This document shows, one piece after another, positions 30,792-40,535 of a stretch of 64,000 nucleotides of DNA (position 1 is its first letter; each line of letters begins with the position of its first letter). The position numbers and the translations under genes were made by a program. The notes under the pieces are model-generated. The model saw only the letters and a list, made by a program, of their open reading frames with translations. It did no database searches and had not been told where the DNA came from. The DNA is taken from positions 64,001-128,000 of the forward strand of contig JBGARZ010000018.1 of the NCBI GenBank assembly GCA_044229975.1, given 5' to 3'. Origin of the DNA: Polyangiales bacterium (GTDB taxonomy: Bacteria > Myxococcota_A > Polyangia > Polyangiales > Ga0077539).

Positions 30792-33173
30792 TTGATCGCA
30801 CCCGTGAGGTCCACCCTATTCCGCGTCTTCGGTTGTGCCGCCATCCTGGTCGTCGCGTCATGCGCGGGACCAGACCCTCTCGTGCACGGGTCTTCCGAAG
30901 ACGCTGCGATCGCCGACGGCGCTGCCGATCTCACCACTCCGACCGCCGACGCCGCGATCGAGGACGGCGTCACAGCGAACGACGCACCGTCGGCCGACGC
31001 CGACCTCCGCGACGCGCTGCCCCCCGACACCGTGAGCGACCGGCCGTTCGACGTCGGCTCGTCCCTCGTCGATGTCGCGGCGCTCGACCTCGCCATCGAC
31101 GAGGGCGCCCCTGACGTTCCCGTCGACCTCGGGGTCGACGCGGCCGTCGACGATCGCGCGGACGGCGGAACCGTCGTGGCCGACGTCACGGCCGACGTCG
31201 CAACGACGGACGCCCCGCGCGACGCTGCGGGGCTCGACCTCCCGGCGGTCGTCGACGTGTCGGCTGCCGACGCGGGCGGGGTCGACGTGGTGACCGTGCC
31301 GGACGTTCCCGTGGACGTGTGCACCCCTCCGCCGGACGTTCCCCGGGCCGACGTGCTGCTGCCCGACGGGGGCATCCCCGACGAGGGCTTCACGATCGAG
31401 CGCGTGACCCGCGGCGGCGCGGGTCTCTGCCCGTGTCGATGCCCGACGGGGACTGTCTGCTCCAGTGCCGGAGTCTGCGAAACCGCCCCCGTCGTCCCCC
31501 GCGCCGTGCGCCCGCTCTCCGGGGTCGTCACCGCCACGCGCCCGCTCTTCCGCTGGGCCCGCCAGGGCGCCGACGGATACGCGACCGTCGAGATCTGCCG
31601 CGACGCCGCCTGCACCGACGTCGTCGCGACGCTCTTCGGCGCCGACGCCGCGCGCCCCGCCGCGGACCTCGCCCCGGGGCACTACTTCTACCGGGTGTTC
31701 GGTCGCGGCCTGCGTGACGGCGCGGTGGTCGACGGTGCGACCGGGTCGCCCGTGCGGGTGTTCTACGTCGGCCACCGCCGCGGCGCGATCGACGGCTCCA
31801 ACGGGCAGGTGCCCGACGTGAACCGCGACGGCACCCCCGACCTCGTGCTCGGCGACCTGCTGCCGGGGTCGCCCACCTACGCGCGCGTCACCGTGGTGCG
31901 GCGCGGGTCGTCCAGCGAGAACCTCACGGGCGGCGGCGTCTTCAACGGCGCCTACGGCGATTTCACCGACCGCTCGTTCGCGTCGATGATCACCAACGCG
32001 GGCGACATCAACGGCGACGGGTTCCCCGACGTCGTGACGCTTGAGCGGTACTGGTACGCCAACCCGCAGACGCTGCTGCTCCTGCGCGGCGGCCCGACCA
32101 CCTTCACGGCCGCGGGCCGACAGCGCTACACGCTCCCCGCCAACGGCGTGGTCGCAGACCTCATGGGCGTCGGTGACGTCGACGGCGACGGCTACGCCGA
32201 CCTCGGCGTGGCGCAGATGGAGTCGTCGGTCGGCGGCGGCGGCGAGCGCGCGATGTCGGTGGTGTACGGCAGCGCCGCAGGCCTCAGCGCGCGCACCACG
32301 CGCATCCCCTACCCCCGCGACGGCGTAGCCTCCGGGGCGTCCCTCTTCGTGGTGGGCCTCGGCGACGTGGACGGCGACGGCTACGACGACGTCGCGCAGA
32401 GCCACTACAACGGCGTCTCGATCCGGCGGCTCATCGTGTTCCGCGGCGGGCCGATGGGACTGTCGACGACGCCCGCAGTGACCCTCACGGGGATGCTCAA
32501 CCCCATCGCGCGGGGCGACGTGGACGGCGACGGCTACACCGACGCCGCTGCGACGGTGGATTTCCCTTGGGCGCCCATGACCCCGGGCGTGCCCTTCGGG
32601 CGGCAGGTGGTGGTCTACTGGGGCAGCGCGACGGGCCTCTCGGCCGAGCGGGTCAGCTACGTGCAGGGGCCCTGGCGCGTCGAGGCTGAACTGATCACCT
32701 GCTTCAGCAGCTGCCAGCGCGTCGACGGCCGTTACGTCGACCCGTACATCCTCTCGATCGCCGCCGCGGGCGACGTCACGGGCGACGGCGGCAACGACCT
32801 GTGGCTGAGCGGAACCCTGACCGCGCGGACGACCGAGCGGGCGCTCTTCCTGGTCACGGCTGGTCCGGGGCGCGTGTTGTCCGTGCGCGAGACGCCGTTC
32901 GAGACCCCCGGCACCGACCCGCTGCGCGGGCGGCAGGTGCCGTACACCAACCTCGCCTGCCCCGGCGACTGGAACGGCGACGGCTTCGACGACATCGCCA
33001 CGCACACCAGCGTGCTGCACCCGATCACCCGAACCCGCTCGGACTACCCCGTGACGGTGAGCTTGTTCCCCGGCTCCCGCACGGCCGCCTCGGCCCCCGC
33101 CCTGTTGACGCTCAGCAACGGCGGAGGCCCCTCCAACAGCGGTTACGGGGAGCGCATCCTCGGAATCTGGTGA
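30792..33173 (+). CDS. FG-GAP/integrin-alpha-like repeat lipoprotein with Asp-rich linker
   Basis: Lipobox VASC; Asp/Ala/Val-rich spacer; seven D-x-[ND T]-x-D-G-x-x-D motifs (e.g. GDINGDGFPD, GDVDGDGYAD, GDWNGDGFDD). Confidence 0.85.
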   Translation: MIAPVRSTLFRVFGCAAILVVASCAGPDPLVHGSSEDAAIADGAADLTTPTADAAIEDGVTANDAPSADADLRDALPPDTVSDRPFDVGSSLVDVAALDLAIDEGAPDVPVDLGVDAAVDDRADGGTVVADVTADVATTDAPRDAAGLDLPAVVDVSAADAGGVDVVTVPDVPVDVCTPPPDVPRADVLLPDGGIPDEGFTIERVTRGGAGLCPCRCPTGTVCSSAGVCETAPVVPRAVRPLSGVVTATRPLFRWARQGADGYATVEICRDAACTDVVATLFGADAARPAADLAPGHYFYRVFGRGLRDGAVVDGATGSPVRVFYVGHRRGAIDGSNGQVPDVNRDGTPDLVLGDLLPGSPTYARVTVVRRGSSSENLTGGGVFNGAYGDFTDRSFASMITNAGDINGDGFPDVVTLERYWYANPQTLLLLRGGPTTFTAAGRQRYTLPANGVVADLMGVGDVDGDGYADLGVAQMESSVGGGGERAMSVVYGSAAGLSARTTRIPYPRDGVASGASLFVVGLGDVDGDGYDDVAQSHYNGVSIRRLIVFRGGPMGLSTTPAVTLTGMLNPIARGDVDGDGYTDAAATVDFPWAPMTPGVPFGRQVVVYWGSATGLSAERVSYVQGPWRVEAELITCFSSCQRVDGRYVDPYILSIAAAGDVTGDGGNDLWLSGTLTARTTERALFLVTAGPGRVLSVRETPFETPGTDPLRGRQVPYTNLACPGDWNGDGFDDIATHTSVLHPITRTRSDYPVTVSLFPGSRTAASAPALLTLSNGGGPSNSGYGERILGIW

Positions 33174-33501
33174 GCGATGCTCGCCCGAGGGTCGTGCGTG
33201 GCGCGCCTGGTCGTCGAGGCTTAGGAGGAGCCCGACCACCTTCCGTCCGTGCGTCCGTCCCCGGACCAGTGCTCCCGCTTGTCCGGACCTCGGCTCAATA
33301 CGGCGCACCCTGACTCGTTCGAAGCAATCTCGCCGAGCGAGACGTGCACCTTCATCAAGGGTCGGTTCGTTGGCGTCCGAACCAACCTGAAGCGGGGTCG
33401 ACGTCGTTTGGGCCCGGCTGTTCGGGTACCGTTTACCCCATTTCGCGCACCAATTTGAAGCGCCGTCGCCCGACCGGCACGGTGTGGACCTCCAAAGTCT
33501 C

Positions 33502-33539
33502 TCATATCATCGCCAATTTCGGTCGCGTCAGTGATATGA
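33502..33539. repeat. Perfect 8-bp inverted repeat TCATATCA-N22-TGATATGA
   Basis: Read directly, within an AT-rich intergenic tract. Confidence 0.6.
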
Positions 33540-33698
33540 AGTACGGCCAGCAAACAAGGTGGATAAATTGGGCTACTTCAAATTCCCTCGCCCGCTGCAA
33601 CAAACCCCCTCGTTGCCGCTGGTCGGCCCCACCCGCGCCTCCTGCTCCCGCAGTCGATCCCTCCAACCCCCTCGGCGGACCCCACCTTGAAAGCGCCC

Positions 33699-34676
33699 AT
33701 GAACCTCACGCCCAGCGAGACCACTGTGCCAGGCCCCGCCACGCTCCCGACGCCCCCCGAGGGGACGGCGCTACTGACGATCGGCAGGATCCGACTCGGC
33801 TCCCATCGGCGCGGGGGCAAGCGCGAACACGTCGCCCGAGTGGCTCCGGCGGACCTTCGCGCCGCGTTGCTGTCGCAAGCCCCCGGGCGGTACCGGGTGG
33901 CGTGTCTCAACCGTCGCGGACACTTCGTTGCGGGTGGTTCGTTCGTCGTCGAGGTGTCGGGCGGGACCCACGAGCCGGTGAAGGTCCAGGCCAGAACCCC
34001 CGGCGACTACCCCCGTCGGCCGGTGTCGGCCGAGCACGGAATCAGGCGGGGGACGCAGCGGATCGAGCAGCGGAACCAGGTGCTCCAGGCCGATCTGCGC
34101 GAGGCGTACACCGCTCGCGCACGCGCGGAGCGTGTCGCGGCCACGCAGCGGGAGCAGCACTCAAGGGAGTCGCTCCACCTCCACGCAACCGTCGAGACGC
34201 TGGTGGAGCAGGTCGAACGCCTCGTCGATCGGGTGAAGGAGCTGGAGGCCCAGCAAGACGAGCGGCAGAGGAAGGGTCGCGCCGACCTGACCAGGGTGCG
34301 CGAGGAGCTCGCGAACGAGCGGCGACAGCGGGAGGACGTCGTCGCCCGGTTGGCCGCGGACATCGTCTCCCTGCGCGGGGCATCTCCCGTGATCGACCGG
34401 GAACCACGATGGTCAACCCCGGGTGTCGTCGGATCGGGGTCCGCGTCGGTCGATCACGGGCCAGCGCCTATCGCGGCGTCGCCCGCGCCCCCTGTGCCGG
34501 GACCTCCACCCCGGACCGTGGCGCCCGGCTTCGCGGCCCTGGCCAACGTGCGGGCGGTCGTCCAGCAGCCCGGGACGCCCGGTGAAAGGTCGTCGACATC
34601 CGCTGGAGTCAGGTCGCCCGACTACGTCGAAGGTCTCGACGACTTCTTCCGCCTGCGACCCCCGCGCCCGAAGTAG
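33699..34676 (+). CDS. Hypothetical protein with central coiled coil
   Basis: Heptad-rich segment (TVETLVEQVERLVDRVKELEAQ). Confidence 0.6.
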   Translation: MNLTPSETTVPGPATLPTPPEGTALLTIGRIRLGSHRRGGKREHVARVAPADLRAALLSQAPGRYRVACLNRRGHFVAGGSFVVEVSGGTHEPVKVQARTPGDYPRRPVSAEHGIRRGTQRIEQRNQVLQADLREAYTARARAERVAATQREQHSRESLHLHATVETLVEQVERLVDRVKELEAQQDERQRKGRADLTRVREELANERRQREDVVARLAADIVSLRGASPVIDREPRWSTPGVVGSGSASVDHGPAPIAASPAPPVPGPPPRTVAPGFAALANVRAVVQQPGTPGERSSTSAGVRSPDYVEGLDDFFRLRPPRPK

Positions 34677-35182
34677 GGCCGGTCGGACACCGCGCTGCGC
34701 CCACCGGGACCCCAACGGCGACGAGCGCCCGGCGTCACGACAGGCGCATTGGCCGCGATCCGCTCGCGCCCGGGAAGTGCCGTCTGGCGCGCAAATAGCT
34801 GGAGCTCAGGGCGATTCTTGCGGAGGTACGCCCGCTCTCCTTCCGCACGGTGGACGAGCCTCCAGGCCCAGCGGGACGTGAAGTTCGCATGGATTCCCGA
34901 CATTCTCAGTGTCTTTCGCGGCGAGGCGGGGCGTGGCCAACGGGTCGATCGCGGAGTGTGCCGGACCCGTCCATCGGTCCGCTCGGGGCTCCTACCGCCC
35001 CCTTTCACCCCACCAAGTGACCCGTCTTAGCAAAAAGCAGAAAAGTCATGCCACGCCTGAGTGCTGTCCGGGCCTCGACGACGAATTTTCTTCACGTCGG
35101 CGGACCGGCGGCGCGTGCTGGAGAAACAGCCCTCGCGTCATCACGCAGGGGCGGCCTCTCCCCCATCCAAGGAGCCTCCACC

Positions 35183-36574
35183 ATGAACTACCCGATCCAC
35201 TGCGACTGGGCCTCCTTCCCCCAAAGCGATGTCATCCCGCGACCGCTCCGCCCCCTGGTGCTCGACCGACCGGCCCCCGTAGCGGTGCCGTCGCTGGTGG
35301 GGTGCGCCATCGCCGCCCTCATCGAGCGGGGGCGGGAGCTCGCCCGGGCGATCGCCCGCGGCATCATCAAGTTCGTCGAGCTCTGCCAGCAGTTCTTGGT
35401 CAACCTCGGGCTTCTGCCCGCCGCGCCGACCCCCATCGCGCCCACGGCGGTCGTCGCCCCGTCGCTTGATGTCGCCGCGCAGAGGTGGGCGATGACGGCC
35501 GCGGCGGAGTGGGCCGACTTCGGTTGCGCGCCGCCGACCGCCGCGACGGGAGTGCCCCCGCTCCCCGCCCCAATGAACGTCGTGCCGTGCTCGCCCCCTG
35601 ACGCACCGCCGATCAGCTCGACGGCCGGGCCCATCGACCCGGTACGCGTCGAGGTCCACCAGGATGCGCCGATGATCGACGAGCCCGCGCCGAGCCTCGA
35701 TCTTTCCCGCGCGTGGCTCAAGGCCACCAACCCGCTAAGGGACGACGAGCCTTCGACCGAAGGGGTCGCGTGGGACGAGCTCCCCGTCGACGAGGTGCAG
35801 GGGATCCTCAGCATCGCGGTGTCCTCGCGGGCCCGCACCGTCCACGGCGTCCGTCCCGGGTGCGAGCGCGATGTGCTCCACCACTGGCTCGGCACCGTCT
35901 CCAGGATCGCGTACGACGACCCCGGCCAGCGGCTCCACTGGATGGCCACCCTCGCGCCCTCGCTGGCGCGCAACGGGATCGCCGACGACCGCAGGGTAGA
36001 GCTGATCGAGGCCGTCGTCGGATGGCTCGACGACGTGGACCGCGGGGATCCGCAGGCCGTGCTCGGCGCTCTGCGAGCTGTGGAGCGGATCGCAGCCTCG
36101 GGGATCGACCCGGACGGCAACCTGCTCGAGCAGACCGGCTCGGTGTGGTTCAAGCGCGCATGGCCGAGGATGTGTGGGGGCGACGCCGGAGAGCTGCTCC
36201 GGGTCGGCGTGACGCAGATGACCGCGGCCCTCGCCCGACGCGAAGGATCACGCGCCCGGATGTTCGCGCACATGATCCTGGCACTCGCCCCGGCCTGCTA
36301 CGTCGACGTCGCCGAGCGACTCACGTGGTTCGCCCGCGCCGTAGCGCGGCCCATCGGCCTGGCCGGCCTCGACGGTGCGCCGGTGCGCGACGTCCTGACC
36401 GGGGGACTGGGCCGCTGGTTCGAGACGCTTAAGAGAGGGTCGACGTGCGGGGCCGTCGACGTCGTCCTCGAGTGGTGGAGCTCACCCATGGGAGCCTGCA
36501 CACACGAGGCGTCGATCGCTGGATGCCTCTCAGCGGCACGACCCGGCCCCAGCGACCACGTCTTGAACGAGTGA
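35183..36574 (+). CDS. Hypothetical protein with Pro-rich linker and duplicated helical domain
   Basis: AAGGAG RBS before ATG 35183; long ORF with coding-like codon usage. Confidence 0.65.
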   Translation: MNYPIHCDWASFPQSDVIPRPLRPLVLDRPAPVAVPSLVGCAIAALIERGRELARAIARGIIKFVELCQQFLVNLGLLPAAPTPIAPTAVVAPSLDVAAQRWAMTAAAEWADFGCAPPTAATGVPPLPAPMNVVPCSPPDAPPISSTAGPIDPVRVEVHQDAPMIDEPAPSLDLSRAWLKATNPLRDDEPSTEGVAWDELPVDEVQGILSIAVSSRARTVHGVRPGCERDVLHHWLGTVSRIAYDDPGQRLHWMATLAPSLARNGIADDRRVELIEAVVGWLDDVDRGDPQAVLGALRAVERIAASGIDPDGNLLEQTGSVWFKRAWPRMCGGDAGELLRVGVTQMTAALARREGSRARMFAHMILALAPACYVDVAERLTWFARAVARPIGLAGLDGAPVRDVLTGGLGRWFETLKRGSTCGAVDVVLEWWSSPMGACTHEASIAGCLSAARPGPSDHVLNE

Positions 36575-37185
36575 GTGCAGGTCACGGCGTGGGCTGCTGA
36601 GAGGACGACTGTCCTGTTCGAAGATGAAGAGCGGCCGCCGCGAGACGGTGGTCGCGAAGGTCGGCCCGCGCGCCGACAGGTGCCGACGCGATCGAGCACC
36701 TGGTGGAGCTGGTCCACCACCGCGCGCACGGTCGTGAGGTCGGCTTCGCGGATCGGCTTCGCGTGCGCGTCCTCACGGTGCGCGTTCAGCACCTCGAGCA
36801 GCGCCACGCACTGCGCCCGGCTCAGGCGCTCGCCGGCGTCGGCGACGCCTTCGTCTACCCGCGCACGCGCATCGACGGCCTCGGCACGTGGCTGCTGGGC
36901 ACGCCGGGCTGCATCGTCATCGCGCCGCTCTGGGCCGCGCCAGCGGACGACACCTTACGTGCAGAACGGCGACGGAACGCTCGGGGCGGGCCCCCGCCGG
37001 GCCTGACTCGCGTCCCCTCTGAAGGCCTCTGCGACCTGGTGCGCGGGTACCTTGACGGCTCGCTGACGCGGGACGGCGTCGAGGTGTCGGAGCCCGCGCG
37101 CGTCGAGCTCTTCCCGGCGACGCTCGACCCGGACAACGTTGACATCCAGCCTGCGGCCGTCGTGCCCGTCACCGTCCGCGTGCGG

Positions 37186-37539
37186 CTCCCGGCCGAGCGT
37201 GGTGCTCGGCTGCTTGCGCGTGATGGCGATCACCGCGCGCAGACCCGGCCGCGCCCGCTCGGCCGCCTTCACGAGCTCGAGCGTGTCGCGCAGCGCGAAG
37301 AGGTCCAGGCCCGAGGGAACCGAGGGCAGCACGATCAGGTCGGCGACCATCACGGCCGCGCGCTGCACGTCGCCGCGCCGGGGGCAGTCGATCACCGTGA
37401 TGTCGTAGGCGGAGGCCAGGTGCGGCACCTGCGTGTGCGACTGCGCCCCGAGCGCCATCGCGGCGACGGCGGGGATGCGCGTGCCGAGCGCCGCGGCGAC
37501 GTCGGCCCAGGCGCGCCCGCTGCCCTGCGGGTCACCGTC
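37186..37539 (-). pseudogene. parA: Internal fragment of a ParA/ParF-type partition ATPase
   Basis: DGDPQGS..W, YDITVIDCP, AAVMVADLIVLP..PS..D are present. There is no Walker A N-terminus and no C-terminus. Confidence 0.75.
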
Positions 37540-38603
37540 GCGCGCTTCATCGACTTCGGCTGCACGCCCGACAACGCCGCGCGGCTCTTGCGGGCGCGTA
37601 CGACTACCCACGACCGCCGGGCGGCCTGAGCCCGCGTGCTACCGCGGCCGTCGCACGGGCGGGAACACGTCGGCACGGGAGAGCGCCGCGGCCGCCTCGT
37701 CGAGCCCCGTCCAGTCGATCGCGTCGGCCTCGACGCCGACCGTGAACCAGGTCGCCGCGCGGTCGCGCCGGTACTGCTCCATCATCACGACGCGCGCGGG
37801 CACGTCCGCCCCCGGCGGGACGACGGCGGGCTCGATCTGCGCCAGGGGAACGACCGTCCAAAGGATCACGGCGCGCGTCGCTACGCCGGTGCGGGAAGCG
37901 GGCGCACGCCTTTCGACGTTGGTCCGTCATGCCCCGCCCGCGCCCCCGCTGCCGCGCGTCGCGCCGCCGTCGCTGCACGGGCGTCCCCGCGTCGACGTGC
38001 GACCCGATGCACGGGCCGATCGACCTCTTCGCCACGCCGCGAGTGTCGTGCGAGGGCGGCTTCGCGGCGTTCGACCGGCGGCGCGCGGCCGAGGCGATCA
38101 CCTACGACGCGAGTGACTCGCCGTGGATGCAGAGTCGCCTACGGGGCCTCGCGCGCTCGTACGAGTGGCTGCTCGCGCAGGAGCGGGAGGAGTCCTCAGC
38201 GCGGTGCGCCGCGGGCGTCGGGATGCTCGTGCCCCTCGGCGCGCGCCGGCGCCCGCGGCCGCTCGTGCGCACGGGCCTGGTGCCCGCGGTGCTGCCCGCC
38301 GCGTTCGGGCTCGCGTGGTGCCGCGTGGGGCTTGCGACGCGCAGCGCTCGCCGATGACGCTCACGCCGCCCGACTCAACCCACGCGGCGCTGCAAGTACA
38401 CCACCGCGGTCCGCGTCTCGCGCGGCCAGAGATGCACGAGCGCTTCGAGCGTCTCGTTGCGCACCGTCGCGGTCGCGCACACCGCGCGGATCACCCACTG
38501 CCCGAGATCCTGGCTCGCGCGCTCGACCCGCACGCCGGCAGCGCGTCGAGTTGCTCGACGAGGCGGGCGACCTGGGCGGCGATGAGCGGGGCGAGGCGGT
38601 CCG

Positions 38604-39458
38604 TCATGCATCCCGCGAAGTTGTCACGACCTCAGCCGGCGCTCCGTCCCATGCGAGGCAACTCGGGCATCCCGGCGAGCTCCGCGCCAAGGTCTTTGCC
38701 TCGGACTGCCGGCCGTCCGCACGCGACTTGAGCGCATCGACGCCGCCCGTACGCTCGGCCGCTGTGACCACACCGGCAGCAGTGCGCAGCGTGATCGTCT
38801 CCACCTCCTGCTCGCTCAGGGTGACGAGGAATCGGCGAACGCGCGCGACGCCCACCTCGAGCGGCGTCTGCGGCATGAGGACAATGACCTCGTCGGCCCC
38901 ACCGGAGAGACGATAAGCTTCGCCGACCCCCTCGAAGCACACCGCGACGTGGCTGAGGTACGAGCGGATGGCCTGGTCACCTACGTCGTGGCCCTTCTCG
39001 TTGAACCGCTTCACTTCGTTCAGATCGAAGAACGCGACGCACAGCGGGTGCTCGGCGTCGACGTCCAGCAAGGCGACCTCAGCGTCTCGACGGAAGTGAC
39101 GCCCATCCCAGATCAACCCCATCGGCTCGCGGATGCGCCCCGACGCAAGTTGGTCTCGCAATTCGGCAGCGCGCACCAAGCCCTCGTGCGTGATCGTGAG
39201 CGTCAACTTGCGCCCCTCAAGCGCGCCCCCGACGGCCGTCCACTTGCGACTCCGCATCTGGACGGGAACTTCGTCCCAGCTCATCCGGGCAAGGACGGAC
39301 CCGCTCAGGCCAACCGGCACGGCGTAGTCTCGGAACAAGAGGTGGACCAAGGCACGGCCCTCGTCGCTGTCTGCCTCGTGGCCATCGAAGTCCAAACTCG
39401 ACACATTTGAGAGGGCCGTGAGGAGTCTCAGTTCGGTGACGCGGGGATCGGTTCGCAT
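38604..39458 (-). CDS. Divergent GGDEF-fold nucleotide cyclase with unknown N-terminal domain
   Basis: FFDLNEVKRFNEKGHDVGD and YRLSGGADEVIV, where canonical is RxGGDEF. Confidence 0.8.
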   Translation of the reverse strand: MRTDPRVTELRLLTALSNVSSLDFDGHEADSDEGRALVHLLFRDYAVPVGLSGSVLARMSWDEVPVQMRSRKWTAVGGALEGRKLTLTITHEGLVRAAELRDQLASGRIREPMGLIWDGRHFRRDAEVALLDVDAEHPLCVAFFDLNEVKRFNEKGHDVGDQAIRSYLSHVAVCFEGVGEAYRLSGGADEVIVLMPQTPLEVGVARVRRFLVTLSEQEVETITLRTAAGVVTAAERTGGVDALKSRADGRQSEAKTLARSSPGCPSCLAWDGAPAEVVTTSRDA

Positions 39459-39621
39459 GGTGTTCTCAATTGGTTTCGGAGGTTGCGAGTACGGAAACGT
39501 GGGGCTGGCTACGACGCGAGGGCGCACGGCGGGAAGCTCGGTCCCCGCGGATCGCCTCCCAACTCGTCCCAGTGTGCGAGCTCGACGACGCGGTGCGCTC
39601 AAGAAGGATCGCAGCGGGCCT

Positions 39622-40245
39622 CTACTCCACCACGCGGAGGTTCCGCAGCTCGCGCCAGTCGCCACCCTCCAGGGCCTGCTCGAAGCCCGCTGCGATCGCC
39701 TGCGCCCGCAGGCCGCCAGTCGGGTGGGTACACGAGGGTTCCGCGGAGAGCTCGCGCAGGACCACCGTGAGGTAGTCGGGCGGGAAGCCGGTCCTGGCCA
39801 ACACCCACCCGGCGACCGCGTCGGCGCGAAGCTCCTGGAGCTGATTTGGCGAGCAAGACGCGAGGTCGTCCGGCGGGAGGCCGACGTGCTGGAAGCTCAG
39901 GTGCGCGACCTCATGCGCGAGGATGCCGACCAGGATCGCCGCGCGGCACTCGGCGCTGCGGCAGTAGCGCTGGAGCAAGTCCTCCACCCAGCCGCGGTTG
40001 CAGAGGACGGTGAACCCGCGCGGATCGGCGACGAAGGCCGGCTCACCCGGACCGACGGACAGGCCTGGCCAGACGTCGAGGCGCATCACCCGGCAGACGC
40101 GGTCGAGCTCGCCCAGCACCAGGTTGAAGGTGTGGTCGACAGTCGGCGCGTTCGACCCGGGCGCAAGCGCATTGAGGAGCACCGCGCCAAAGATCCCCAG
40201 CGCCACCGCCTCGCCCGCGTTCAACCCGCCGCCGCTCTTCGCCAT
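39622..40245 (-). CDS. HEXXH zinc metallopeptidase (M48/ImmA-like)
   Basis: ILAHEVAH, ELRADAVAG, THP....R; N-terminal hydrophobic segment. Confidence 0.75.
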   Translation of the reverse strand: MAKSGGGLNAGEAVALGIFGAVLLNALAPGSNAPTVDHTFNLVLGELDRVCRVMRLDVWPGLSVGPGEPAFVADPRGFTVLCNRGWVEDLLQRYCRSAECRAAILVGILAHEVAHLSFQHVGLPPDDLASCSPNQLQELRADAVAGWVLARTGFPPDYLTVVLRELSAEPSCTHPTGGLRAQAIAAGFEQALEGGDWRELRNLRVVE

Positions 40246-40535
40246 GACCGCTCCTTCCATCGAGAGATTCCTTCAGGGTCCCTTCAGGGTATCGCGGGTG
40301 GATCAACGCCCGTGAAGCGCGGGATCCGCGGCAAACCCAGGCGTCGCGGCCAAAATCGACGCGGCACGCGTGCTGAGTCCACGATCGCGGGGCGTCAATC
40401 CTCTGACACTCCTCACGCCCCTTCGAGGTCCGCGGCGAGCGCGGCCTCGACGACAGCACGTACATGACGCCCGAGCAGCTCGCGCCACGTCGTCGGCGCC
40501 CCCTCGTGCCGGGCGCTCCTGTACCGTCGGCGCTT

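Noticed and set aside
30858..33308. 816-aa minus-strand ORF
   Set aside because: Antisense shadow of the FG-GAP gene.
33699..38600. Intact prophage or conjugative module
   Set aside because: No capsid, terminase, tail, relaxase or T4SS genes were recognised.
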